Shown in pieces: positions 1 to 12,647 of a stretch of 64,000 nucleotides of DNA. The stretch lies in assembly GCA_965153285.1 (NCBI GenBank), contig OZ229110.1; one strand, written 5' to 3'. How positions within the stretch are numbered: position 1 is the stretch's first letter; each line of letters begins with the position of its first letter. The position numbers and the translations under genes were made by a program. Under the pieces are notes generated by a model, which was not told the DNA's origin, did not search any database, and was given only the letters and a program-made list of their open reading frames with translations. The stretch is from Podarcis tiliguerta (Eukaryota).

Positions 1-1899
1 CTAATAATGCATAATTCTTTTACTTTCCTTAAAATCCTTACGTTATTTTTTTGCTGGAAAATATGGTTTTACTATCATTATATAGACTAAGTTTCAAGAG
101 CTCCAAGCATTTCAGTCATGTCCAACTTACTCTTACCAGTCACAGTATCTGAGGTGGTGTGTCACTGCTTTGCCATCCTGCCTGCTGTGGTGGCACTGCT
201 GCTTGTTGGGACTGGGATGGGTTCCAAATAATAAGCATACATTTTCCATATATTGCCAACTTAGAAACATGAGTTAAAAATAAGAACTGACATCAACATA
301 GTGATAAACCCACCTGAGAACCCGTTCTGCAACTCAGTGGGATCTATATGCATTTATAAAGTTCCTGGCCACCATTAAACCACCAAATTTCCCAGGAAGT
401 CAGCACAAAGAGAATTGCATGGTGAATGCTTAGAATTTCAAGGCTCTTAAGCATTAATTTCAAAAGAATTGCACGCAGCCAACTTGTTAAATCATGCAAC
501 TCTTTGATAAAGTAAGTGGGGGGTTCTGCCTATATAATGTGTGTTTCCTTTTCAACACAGCAACCCTTAAGTGCTTCATTTTTCTGCACCTGGCAACTGT
601 TGTTAAAATTTCTGCATCAGGACTGTCAACATATATTTATGGAAAACAGTCTTCATTGTATTCTAGCCAGAGAATAATCTCCTTTTCTTTGGTGCCTTCA
701 TTCTTCTTGATACGCTGGTAGCGATGGTGGTGATGGCGACAAGTGAACATTTAAGCAGCTACAGTTTCACAGGCTCCTACTTACACTACAAAGCACACAC
801 AAAGGGGGAGGGGGGAAGCCAGATATTCTTAGATGCTATGACTTTGTTCAGAAAAAACCCTGTTATGTATTGGCTTTAAACCATGAATTTTTGATTTTGC
901 TGTATTCTAAGAGCTCCATTGAGCCCAAAGTTAAGCACATCTAATTCAGACTAAACTCAGTGGCAAACATCAAGGCACATTCTTAGTTCTCCCCTTGGAA
1001 TAAAGATACCATAAAGTGTTTAATTTTGGGTAGATGAGACCCCAGCTCTTATATTTACTGTGTGATTTCCCTAGAGTTCTTTTCCCAAAGTCGTCCCAAA
1101 CATTTCTTTGGTGTATGTTTTCTCAGCTTTTACAATGGCTATACTTCAGCAATATTTGCTAAACAGTTAAAAAAAATAGGTGTGCCCTTACTTTGAACAG
1201 GTAGGACACATCTAGAGTACATACCTGTGCATACATCTTAAGACTCATGGAATAAAATAAGACCAAATTCAATGTAGACTTTCATAGGATGACACTGAAT
1301 TTATTTAGCAACAAAAACCTTCTGCCTCCCAGCCCAATGCACAGTCACTCAGAAGTCCAAATGAATTCAGTCTGACTCACTCCCAACTAAATATGCCTAG
1401 AATTATGAATCTAGACAGCAAGGATAAAAAGAAAACAATAAAAATACAAATACTGAAGGGTAAAATCGATATAGAAACCAAATATTGTACTAATAAAATA
1501 TAGAAACCAAATATTATACAACCCCCCCCCCAAAAAAACCTAATGTACAGGGATCAGCAAAGAATATGTGGTGTAAAAATATTTTTCAGGTACAATCAGT
1601 ATAACTAGTTTACAATATCACAAACAATAGCACTTACAGAGGAGAAATCGAAATAAGAAATTATTTTCTGCATACAAGGAATGCAGATTTGGTTCTGTTC
1701 TGGAATGTTTGAAAAAGAGAAAGTAGCACTTCCAAGTTTTACAATCTTCTTAATTGCTTTGCTGCCAGATTCTGGTTTTTTTATTAATTCCTTTCAAATT
1801 AATTAAGAATTGTTTGCCAAAAATTATTGATTACACAATTTTGTCTAGATGCATGCTGTTAAGAGGGAGCCAACGATATTCTAGCAATTCCTTTTGATG

Positions 1900-2524
1900 A
1901 AGTAATCAGGAAGCTTCTGGGGCCTGTTTCAGCTGCTGAGGGGCGTGCTTCAAATGCAAATTACTGCCAAATGAGATTCTTTCCAAATTCCAGCCAATTA
2001 AAATATATTTAAAGGGCAGCTGCTTAAAGGCAAAAACAATCCTTCCTCACACCCCCAAAACTGTTGCAAGAAACTTTCCAAGGCAAAAGTCCTCGAGTTT
2101 GTCAAACAAGATCTTTAAAGTAATGCGTAGCTGCTATTTATTTTGTCCAAACTGGTGGAATCTGTGAACGGCGCCTATCTGCAGTCAGAAGCTGAGATGA
2201 CATGTTCAGCACCACCTTAAAAGAGACAAAGCAGGGAGTGTTTGTTCGGGTGTCAGTTTTCTCCTCTTGGCTCTTTAAACCATGTGTGTTTGGCTGCTTG
2301 CCCTCTGTGGAGCTGCATACAAATATTGACAGAACACAGTGGTATTTGTTAAGCTGGATCTTGGGAAGTGAATGATTAAAACTCTGAAGGAAGATCTGAA
2401 AACTTCAGAGCTTCCCTCCTCCCTCTCCTCAAGAATCTTTAACAGTGTTTAACAGAGTGAAAGTGAAAATGCTGAGCTTGGTTAAATGAAAGCCCTGACC
2501 TTCTTTTCCTCTGCCTTGCTGTAG
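1900..2524 (+). promoter_or_regulatory. Candidate distal promoter and non-coding first exon (possible alternative NCKAP5 start)
   Basis: Motif cluster: GC-box GGGGCGTG 1940-1947, octamer ATGCAAAT 1954-1961, CCAAT 1994-1998, TATATTTAAA 2004-2013, E-boxes CAGCTG at 1930 and 2017. Repeat-free; donor TAG|GTAAGG at 2525. Confidence 0.4.
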
Positions 2525-4129
2525 GTAAGGACAAACTTCTTGAAATGTTTTCGTTCCTGCATGTTTTTTTAATCCCATTATGAATTAGTGCTTGTTTAAT
2601 GTGTGGTAGTATTGAAAGGGGCTGGGAATGCTTTTGATTTAATTCTGTGATTTGGGCAAAAGTTATGAGACAATCTTTGTAAATAGACAGACTGTGTTAG
2701 CCAGTAACTATGCACCATCAAATGTTAATACTACTTTTCTCACAGTTCCATTACAGTAAGTGATAGGTGCATGAATCTCCTCAGACATTTTAAAGACATA
2801 CTTAGATCCAAATATCTGGGACACATGAAATTCACCTCAGAATTCCACCTAGTGGTGTTCAACTGAGAGTTCAAAGTTTGCTGCCTGGGTTGTACCTGCA
2901 AAACATTATTGTCTCCATCACATAGTTAATCACTGTCATACTGCTTTCTAGTGCCAATGAAAGGGTACTGAAAAACCTGTTTGACTTAAGGTTTTATTTT
3001 AACTTGAGAGACTCTTGAAACATTGGAATATTCCCACCCCCCTGTGTATGCTACTTTGAAGAAATCACCGGATGACTGAAAAAGTGTATACTAAACATTG
3101 TCCTGAAATGGGCTTTTTATAAGAACACAATTTATTTATTTATATCTAGAGAGAATGAAATAGACCTATGATGCAGTCAAAATTTTGATATCCATGAGGA
3201 TTACCGGCTGCTTGTTGCTTCCAATTGCTGCATACTAGCACTCAAAACTGCAGAAGCCTGATGATTGCTTTCCATCTCAGTTGCTTATCACCAGTCTTTG
3301 GGGCTTCATCTTTTTTCAATGTAAGCAAAGCATCTTTCATGCCATGGGATCATGTTGCAATAGGAGGGTTTTGGTTAAATATGCCTTGTTAATCTTTAAT
3401 GTATAAGTAGCACTGAGCATTTGCCAAATGGAAACATTTAAGCAACACCTCATGTATCCATTGCCAAAATAAATGCTGGCAGGCTACAAAATAATATTTT
3501 TAAAAGAATTTTGCAACAAACTTCAACATGTGGGTTCAAATATTCCACGATCCTTTGATGCATCTTGGAAAACGTGCAAATGCAAGTTTGCCTATTAAAA
3601 TCCTACAGTTGGGGGCTGGAAGTTTGCAAGCGTTCCTCTGATTGAATAGCACTTATTCATGAAGTAGGTCTAGTTGAGCTCAATGAAACAGCTTGTTTGA
3701 ATCAGCACTACGCGTCATTAGAGTTAAGTAGAATTAGGCTCATAAGGAATGTTTATGGGCATATGATGTATATGTCTGATTAATATTGAAAGCTACCTTC
3801 ACAGAGCAACATGTTAATAAACATAATCACATTTTGTGGAATGTCTTTTAAGAAGAGCAGAGATACACAGGGTGAGATGGGATTAGAAGCTGAAGTTTTT
3901 GGATTGCCTCTTTTTACTTAAAACATTGGCCTTATCCGCAGTATTACCCTGCCATGGTATTTTATTTGTATCACAACTGCCAAGAAGCTCAGGGGGCTTT
4001 ACATAGTTTCTCCCATTTTATCTACACAGTGATCTTGTGATTTAGTTATGGTGGTATTGACTGGCCTTAGTGAAACTCAGAAGTTGAAAAGGGTCTCTGT
4101 GGTCCAAGCAGATTGGTGTGGATTGCCTT

Positions 4130-4545
4130 TTTTCCAGCTGTGGCTGGTTTGCCCACAATGAATGCTTATGGCCAGGGGTAATCTAGCCACACTGGGCTAT
4201 TATCTGGAAACCTCCTGTGTGGACTACTGTATGTGGGGCTGCCCTTGAAGAGGACTCATAAGCTTCAATTAGCACAGAAGGCAGCTGCCAGAATTTTAAC
4301 CAGCAAGATTGGCTCACTAAATGAATTACTGTACATTGGCTGCCTAGTTGCTTCTGAGCTAAAGTAAAGGCAAAGATGCTAACCTTGAAAGTGCTAAAAC
4401 TCTTGGTACTCAAATAGCTGAATATACTCCTCTTTGGGCAAAAACAAGCCTGGCTATGCTTTAAGATTTGCAGAGAAGGGTCTTCTTTGTGTCCCACTGG
4501 TAAGGAAAGTTCATTTTGTGGTGATGTGGATGAAGCCTTCTCCTC
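4130..4545 (+). mobile_element. Old L2 remnant
   Basis: ctgtatgtggggctgcccttgaag, cagaaggcagctgccaga, cattggctgcc motifs homologous to the L2 at 20-21 kb. Confidence 0.65.
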
Positions 4546-5729
4546 AATCGTGCCTATTTATGTCATGCCCTCCTACTAGAAACACAACAGGTACTTCTTC
4601 ATATGTAGTAGGAACATTAGAATATATAAGTAGGGCTATGTTGCATAAGGCCCAAGAGTAACATTCCTTCTGAGCACCACAAAGATTCAAGGGTAGTGCT
4701 GATATCTCCTTGACAATTCTTTACAAACTCAAAGGCCACTTTATGATGTGTGGACCAACTGAGGGGTCATCACCTCATTAAATGAAAACTTGTTACCTTA
4801 CCAACATGGCCACGCAATAAGGCCACATCAAAGCACAAATAAAAAGAGCTACTGTTCCAGAGGGATTTGTGAGGTATGCTAGAGAAAACCATAAGGAAGC
4901 TGAATGCCTCAAACACACTCATTTGTTCCAATACATTTGCTGGCCATACTCTTTATTGGGAGGCTGCTGAAAGATGTACACAAAACTAAATGCTTTTCTC
5001 CTGGGTTAGCAGTCCAAATCTGCCATTGATGGTTAGGGAAGAAATTTAGTAGACAGATGCAGTAAATATTTTTTTTCTGAAAGCAGAAGCAGTTTGTTGC
5101 AGGGGTTAAAAAACCCAACCAAAGGGTGTATGGTATTTGTAGGACATCGGGTGAGTTAATATGTAGCAACATTTGCATTTCCTATTGCATTCTAGACTGA
5201 TCACATGCACACACATTCAAACAGATACACATAGCAATTGTGAGGCATTAGGACAATGGTGGCCAATTTGCTTCTCCTTCTTTCTCTTTGTTTGATATGT
5301 GTGCCACAAATCAATCCAAACTCTGGCGTAGTGCCATCTTGTTGTGCTCTGCAGTGCATTAGCAAGGTTTTCTGGTATATTTAGATATTGGTTGAATAAA
5401 ATGGCATGTTTTTCTTGTCTGCTGGGCTTGGAACAGCTAGCACAGGAGAGTCAGCCGGCCGAACTATGCTATAACCAGGTCTGTAGGTCATTGAGGGAGG
5501 GGGACACACAACTTTTCGTACCTGTGAAACCCATGCCTCCAGACAGGGCTCCTGTGCATTAGGAACAGCAATTATAAAATCAAAAGCAATGCTGATTGTT
5601 GAACGCATTCTGCTTCTCCTAGATTCGGTAGTGCAAAGCACACACATGCAAATTAAATAGCATCTGTAATTCTTCCTGAGGAAATAATGTGATCTGCCTT
5701 GGTATATAACTTGAACTTTGTAGTGTAAC

Positions 5730-5845
5730 AGACAAGGGAACCTGTGACCTTCTATATGTGGTTGAACTACAATGTCCATCAGGCCTGACCACTGGCTATG
5801 CTGGAATCCAGCAATGTCTAGAGAGCCACAGGTCCCCCATCCCTG
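5730..5845. mobile_element. Older hAT-Charlie-like MITE (approximate ends)
   Basis: gggaacctgtg...gccacaggtcccccatccctg, same family as 23866. Confidence 0.65.
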
Positions 5846-6453
5846 TAGTACAGGGCACACCTAAACATGCCTGATAATTTTCTAACATTTAAGTCTTGCA
5901 CTTTTACAGTGCCAACTTTACATCCTTCCTACCTAAAAGACACACCTATCTGGCAAACAATTTAGGTTAGAACTGCAGCACAGCCTTAACTGGATGGTTG
6001 TTCCTGGACAAGGCTGAATGGGAGAAATAATCATAGTAAGCATATGTGAAGCATCCTGATTAACATCACAGAGTCCTTGGCACCAACCCTGGTCTCAAAA
6101 TCCAGACTTTAATGGGAATTTTGCCCAAGCTGGGACTACAGGATCCACTTCTTGTAACAGCAAACAGATGTTCACTTACATTTTTTGGAGCTGATTTTGT
6201 GCCCCCCCCCTTCCGCTCTATTTCCCTGCTCTCTGTACATTGTAGTGTTCCATTGGGCTTCTCAATATAGTCGCTAGCATTTCATGCCTTTGGCATAGAA
6301 GAAAACAGCTAAGTTTTGGGAAGTTGCCTTGTTAAGACTTTGTAAAAAATTATTTTACAAACACTTTCACATTGACAGCAGGAATGGGACATACCCTGCA
6401 ATCATAGTAGGTTATGAAAGAACATTATGGAATCACCATGAAAGCTGTCAAAG

Positions 6454-6456
<3 letters not shown>

Positions 6457-6485
<29 letters not shown>
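6457..6485. repeat. (TA)n microsatellite
   Basis: Direct reading. Confidence 0.95.
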
Positions 6486-6488
<3 letters not shown>

Positions 6489-7301
6489 ACACTGCTAGCA
6501 ATTGGAAAGACACTGTAAAGGTGCAAAAGTGTTAGGATAGGAAAGTTCTATTTGTCTTGGTGAACTGGACCAACACTCCATTTTTCGTGCTGTTGCAATG
6601 CAGTGTGACCAATCTGAAACAACTGGCTCACATGTGCATTAGAATGTATGTACAAATGTTTAACTCGGTTGTGGGGATTACAGCTTCAAACCCCTTTCTT
6701 AACCTTCCACTTTATTAGATAACCTTGAGCAAACTACTCTTTCTTGGTCTCTCAACCAAGGCAGGACAAATGACACCTAGAATTTTGTAGCTCTCAAGAT
6801 GGATGGGGCTTAACTATCTTATTGTTCTTCCTAAACTACAGCTTTCTTACCTGAAGTGTAATTTACTGATAGTCTCTTAGAAACCACAAAGTCGTTTCTC
6901 CTAAAATGAGGAATCATCCCACCTCTCAAATATAAAATCCAGCACTGTAGTCTGATGGACTGGAATTTAACTCTTCTTGCACAGCAGTAATTAACACTGA
7001 TAAATGAGAGGGCACGTCTGTGAAAGACCTTGGCAAGCAAAGCACATTGCTGTGGTTTGCTAACTGCTACTCATGCTGCCTTAATGGAATTATTGCTTTC
7101 TAAAACATGAGTGCTTTTCCTTGTCAGAGGACCACAATCATCTTCCAGAGCAAAGGAGTTCCTCCTCCCCTTCTTTTTCTGTGTGGTGTGAACCACTAAA
7201 TATAAACAGAGTATCATGTTTAGAACTACTACTACTACTGTGGTAAGCCACATGAATTTTGTGTTTTGTCATTCTATCACATTGGAAATTCAAGCCATAT
7301 A

Positions 7302-7543
7302 CAGTGGTACCTCGGGTTACAGACGCTTCAGGTTACAGACGCTTCAGGTTACAGACTCTGCTAACCCAGAAATAGTACCTCAGGTTAAGAACTTTGCTTC
7401 AGGATGAGGACAGAAATCGCACGGTGGTGGCATGGCGGCAGCAGGAGGCCCCATCAGCTAATGTGGTACCTCAGGTTAAGAACAGTTTCAGGTTAAGAAC
7501 GGATCTCCAGAACGAATTAAGTTCTTAACCCGAGGTACCACTG
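7302..7543 (+). mobile_element. Tc1/mariner (Tigger-like) MITE, subfamily A
   Basis: TA-flanked; TIRs CAGTGGTACCTCGGGTTA / TAACCCGAGGTACCACTG; internal 16-bp repeat ggttacagacgcttca. Confidence 0.9.
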
Positions 7544-8892
7544 TACTTCATTATTTGAGGTTTGCTTGAGGGTTACAGATTGGCTTGTTGCATTGGGGGA
7601 GTCTCCCACAGCAGCTGGGATGGTTCATGTAGAGAGGAGGCAAGGATGAGAGGGAAGGGGCAAGACTGTTCCGGTCACAATGAATCTAAGGTCCATTCCT
7701 CATCTGACTTTTATTGGATGAATACAATTCAAAACAGCACCTAAGCCCCACTACTTTATGCCTTGCCCAGCCATGAACTTCACATTGGCCTGGACAGAAT
7801 GCTAGCTCCTAACCTGCTGCACAGTGACTAACCATTATTCTTGAAGATGGTTGAGAAACTGCTGCTGGTACAGTTGGGTGCAGGTGTCTGATTGTTGAAT
7901 GGGGCAGCAAAATGAGACCATATATTACTCATTTTATTCTTATTATTCTTGTTTAAAATTAAATTTCTATACTTCCCTTGATCAGAGGATCACAGCAGCT
8001 GGCAGTAGCAGCAGCAAAAGAAAGAGAAAGGAAAAAAAGAAATGTAAAAAACCCAGCTGTCCTGCAAACAACAGTGGTGCCTGGTTGCTTTTCAGAAGAT
8101 GTATGATAACCTGCTATCTATAGTTTGATCTTTTGTGGTCCAGTAAAAGGGCTCTTAACTTTTGTGATTGCAGAGCATGAGAAAGTATGAGCAGCAATTG
8201 CTGTTGATCTTAATGCAGATTCCCTTTGAAGAGTTAGATTGCACTGCTGTGGACCTATGCATGTACATATTAACATTTTAAAGTGTCTCATCTCTGCATC
8301 CTCAAGCATAACTTGGAATTCCATCTCAAGTAGGTCCTAAAATTCAGTAATATAAAGGGAGAAAAGAGTTCACTTTTGAACAGAATCCACTTGTTGGTCT
8401 CTGATTTAGACTCCATTAATAGTATATAAACAATCAGCCATAAACCTGTAATACTAGTCTGCATGCAAGCTAGCATATATGACTGAGGAGAGATTGAGAT
8501 GAGCAACATCTCGTTTCCCAATCCTTCCTTAACTCTTTGGGTCAAATGTACCAAGTTACTGCAGCTTGAGTGGTGATACCCAATAGACAGTGCTGCCATA
8601 ACCAAACATGGTTGACCCCACACCAGCACTTGTGAACTATTATGAAAACTTATGGGTAGCCTTCCTTGCCTTTCCCAAAGCTGATATAACAGCAGAACAC
8701 ACATAATAGTTTAAGAGGCAGCAAATGACATGTATTGCTTTATTGATTGTTACATGTTTGTTGAGACTAAAAAACCACTGGAAAACCCAACACTACACTA
8801 GGAAAGTGCATGTAAGTCGGTCTTGTTAAGAATCAATTCTACAAGAAGAGGGACAGATATGGCGGTAAGAAGAAAGGGTGGTGTGAATCTAT

Positions 8893-9128
8893 GGCTCCAT
8901 CCTTACTACACATTTAGAGCAGTATCATACCACTTTAAACAGCCATGGCTTCCCACAAAGCATCATGGGAAGTGTAAGTTGTTAAGGGTGCTGAGAGTTG
9001 TTAGGATCTGTGTAGATCTGTGAGGGGAATAGGGGTCTCCAAACTCTCAACCCCCATAGGAAGCCACAGTTCCCAGGATTCATTGTGGGAACCCATGACT
9101 GCTTCAAATGAATAGTGCAGATGGGACC
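8893..9128. mobile_element. Fold-back MITE, probably PIF/Harbinger-like
   Basis: Imperfect inverted arms ggctccatcc..catggcttcccacaaagcatc / gattcattgtgggaacccatg..gatgggacc. Confidence 0.55.
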
Positions 9129-9960
9129 TACCATGTCTAGCTTGTCAAAAAGAATACTGACAAAAATGTTACTAGAAGAAATGTGAGAAAATTCTGCATC
9201 TTTTCCAGTCCTTTACAATCCTATGGCAAAAATAATGTGTGACCCTGTCTCTTTAGTGAGGTCAAGCGGCACAGGGTCTTTACCTCAACAGAAGATTCCC
9301 TGGATCATTTCCTGTACTATTTAATTCAACATGATGTGATTTTCTCTCTCCAGTGGATTCAGTGTCTCAGTAAGGCAATAAGACACAAACAAACCATACC
9401 TTGCGAAAATGCTTTGTGATTATTTGGCAAGGCATCTGCAGTATATGAGGGACTGCTATTAATAATAAAAGTATGTTGCTGAAAATAGAGCTGCAAGCTA
9501 TAAGGGGAGGGGAAACCCAAAGGAATTACTGGGCCTTATTGCACCATATTTGGCTCTTCCAGCAAAGTAGTCGAATGTGCCAAATATGAGTAATTTTTAA
9601 ACAAAGAAATCTATGCATGGATTCTGGATTCCAAAGGGGGAAACTAAGAAAATTGAAGTTGGCAATGAATGCACATTTGTGCAACTAATGGATTCTTTTC
9701 TTGTTTCTGGCCTCTCAGTTCCTAAAGCTTCTGAGAGGCAGCAGAGGGGTGTTTTCAGCAGGCTGCCTTAGTGACTGGCCTCTTTTAGCATTAGGCTTAT
9801 TAACAGGCCTCCACCTCTCAGATATTTCAGGGCATATATTGGGTTTTCAGCAGCTGTCTTTCTAAAGGAAATGTGGGGAAACTGTATGATACTTCAAATG
9901 TGTCCCTGGGAATTTGGTACCACACAGTAGAGAACCCTTGGCTGCCATCTTAGGGATAGG

Positions 9961-9992
9961 AAGAAAGAGTAAGTGGCCACTTACTCTTTCTT
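9961..9992. repeat. Perfect 32-bp palindrome
   Basis: aagaaagagtaagtgg|ccacttactctttctt equals its own reverse complement. Confidence 0.95.
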
Positions 9993-11689
9993 GTCATGGG
10001 ATGAGAGAGAACAGATGAGCACTCTGCCTTACAATTCTAATAGCCAATATCTATGGCTTTAAAGGAAGTATTTATTTTCATAGTGGATTTTGGTCCACCA
10101 AGGTAAATAGATGAAGCTCACTTTTGGAATGCATTTTATCAGGTTTCCGGAGCTACTTTCTTCCTATTCAGCAGTAGAGATAGATTTGCATATGGCTGTG
10201 GATGAACCTGGACAAAGCTTTGTGTTTGCATGTTCCCCTCTTCTCTTCAAGCATGACTGGATGGAGTTTAGTTTAACTTAAAAAAAATAATAATCCCAGT
10301 TTAACATTATGTCTAGACTAGATACTGTATCTTGGGTTTTAAACAAACCCTGGTATGTTTCAGAACAAGCAGACCTCAAAGGCCCAGGGTTATTAAACTG
10401 GTTTGTTAAACTAACCATTGCTTGTTTGAAATCAGGGTCCCTAATTTGAATGGAATGCTAAATCATGATTGTGTGAAAGTGAACGAAAATGCTAGCAAAG
10501 GGAATTTAGGAGTACATGAGTCTGATACGTATTCACTCAGGGTTGTTTGGGCTCAGCCACAAAGGGGTAAACCACCGTTTAGCATTGCGTGCAAACATGG
10601 CCAGAGAATTCAAGCCTGGAGATTGTGAAACTAGTCTCTCTAACACTTGGAGACTATGCAGATTTAAATGGTATCTAAAGAATAATCCTGAAATGAGTTA
10701 GGTGGGAACAGCTAACCAAATCTCACATAAAGGGGCCTGTACTGGAACTAGGCTCTTTTTTGTGAATTTACAGTCAAAAGATTCTTCTTTTTTTGCAATC
10801 CATTCTTGTTCTGCATCTTTTAAAGACTGATGAGCATAGCATTGTGTTGTTTTTTAAAACATTTGGAAGCAGTATAATCTTCTATCTCTGCACTGCCCCC
10901 TTATTTAGATTAAAATCTTTAAAGAGCATTTGATATGGTGACCTTTGGTTTACAAAATAGAGACTTTAGCAAGGAATGCTGATTGCACATTGGCTGCTGC
11001 TCTTTGGACCAGACTAAGGCTATCAAGATAAAAATGTTAGGACACAAAATCCTACAGAAATCTTAGGAGCAGGCAGAGCTGGTTCCAAACTCTATTTTTT
11101 TTCTTAAAGGAATGGAAGGAAAACAATATATTCTGAAACAGTCACCCTGTGGCAAACATCCCACCACATATAACTTCTAGGCTTGCTATTTTCATACGTC
11201 TTTTTACATCGATTTGCATCATAGCTTACTTTGAGAATGATCACTGTTTCTATTTATTAATTCTTGCTTTGTGCTCCTAAACTGTTCAAAGAAACTGAAA
11301 TCATGCATGCGCTAAGCACCTTGAAAGAGATTATTAATAATAGAAGCAGAACGTGTTTAAATTCAGATTATTATTTTTTTAAAGTCAAATGGGATAGGAA
11401 AAGAAGGCAAAGAAGCATATTTCGTTATTCTAGCAAGGCAGACTGAATTAACACAAATAAACAACTTTGTAAGATAAATGGACTAGTTCCTTTGGAACTT
11501 TCTTCACATATTGACCGTTGAGATTATGGCTCCTATCACATGATTAGAAACATGTTGTGCATTTTCTTTTTAATCTCTGAAGAGCCAAGATCACAACCCA
11601 AGCCCTGCTTGTGACATAGCATTGCTTGTGCATGTAGTCTACTTGCATAAGTGGTGTAATTTACAGATAATTCAATATCTAAACTAAAC

Positions 11690-11785
11690 TTTGCCAACCT
11701 GATGCCCTTCAGATGTTTTGGACTACAGCCCCAACAAGCCGCCTCCAACCATCATAGTCACCTGGAGAGCTTCATGTTGGCAAAT
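11690..11785. mobile_element. Degenerate hAT MITE (approximate ends)
   Basis: gccaacctgatgcccttcagatgttttggactaca ... catgttggca. Confidence 0.55.
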
Positions 11786-12079
11786 GTTAATCTAAATTTG
11801 CTGATTCTCATGTGACAAAATCACAATGGAGATGTGCTGCCTGATGGGACAGCAATGAGCCAAGCAACTGTGGGCGAAAAGGTACGCTTCAGGTGTCAAC
11901 TGCAAACAATTAAATCCCCTCCCCACAACCAGCATAGAGCAAAATGCCACCACTGTTTTAGATCTCATCCACTCTGCTTTTGCTTGTGTCATGGTTGTGT
12001 GTTCAATCTGTCTGCCTGGTAACAAGTAGGTGCACAGCTGAAAAAAGACCTCCCCCTAGCAGTCACTGCCCATCTGAAG

Positions 12080-12249
12080 CATAGCTGTCAACGTTTCCCT
12101 TTTTTTGAGGGAAATTCCCTTAATCCAAATAGGATTCCTCGCAAGAAAAGGGAAAAGTTGTCAGCTATGATCGTTTCCCTTTTTTTAAGGGAAATTCCCT
12201 TAATCCAAATAGGATTCCTCGCAAGAAAAGGGAAAAGTTGTCAGCTATG
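12080..12249. mobile_element. Short hAT MITE with an 80-bp tandem duplication
   Basis: TIRs CATAGCTGTCAAC / GTTGTCAGCTATG; perfect 8-bp TSD atctgaag (12072-12079, 12250-12257). Confidence 0.88.
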
Positions 12250-12369
12250 ATCTGAAGGACCTTAGTAGAATCTTAACATCAGGCAGGTACATATGGAAGT
12301 AGGCACTCTGAGGTAAAAGCATCAGAAAATAGCCAAGCTGTTCAACCAGATTGCCATGGGAAGCCTATC

Positions 12370-12604
12370 ATATCTTAAGGCTAGGTAGAAATTTTACAGT
12401 TAAAACAAGTATCTTGAACTGGATTTAGAAATGAACTGGTAGCCACTTGGAGAACTGGTGAAATATGTTCCCAGTAGACTGCCTTGGTTAGAATCCTAGT
12501 AACCTCTTATTGAATCAGCTTCAGTTTCCTAATTGTATTCAAGGTAGGCACTATGCACAACACATTATAGTAGTCTAAATGGAAGGGTCCAGAGCATGGA
12601 TCAC
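12370..12604 (-). mobile_element. Old L2 remnant
   Basis: cagcttcagtttcc...caacacattatagtagtcta...ccagagcatggatcac resembles 20500-20585. Confidence 0.6.
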
Positions 12605-12647
12605 AATAGTGTAGCTGTTCATAATTACAGTAATTATTTCTATATTA

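Noticed and set aside
637-750. His-rich exon of SELENOP or a similar known gene
   Set aside because: Only four His, and the flanking residues match no protein I recall.
5381-5860. 159-aa minus-strand ORF
   Set aside because: Starts within a MITE, has no recognisable domain and random composition.
7314-7530. CRISPR-like repeated ggtta motifs
   Set aside because: Subterminal repeats of a MITE with no unique spacers, in vertebrate DNA with no cas genes.
8288-8704. 138-aa minus-strand ORF
   Set aside because: No recognisable motif or splice context; expected by chance in 64 kb.
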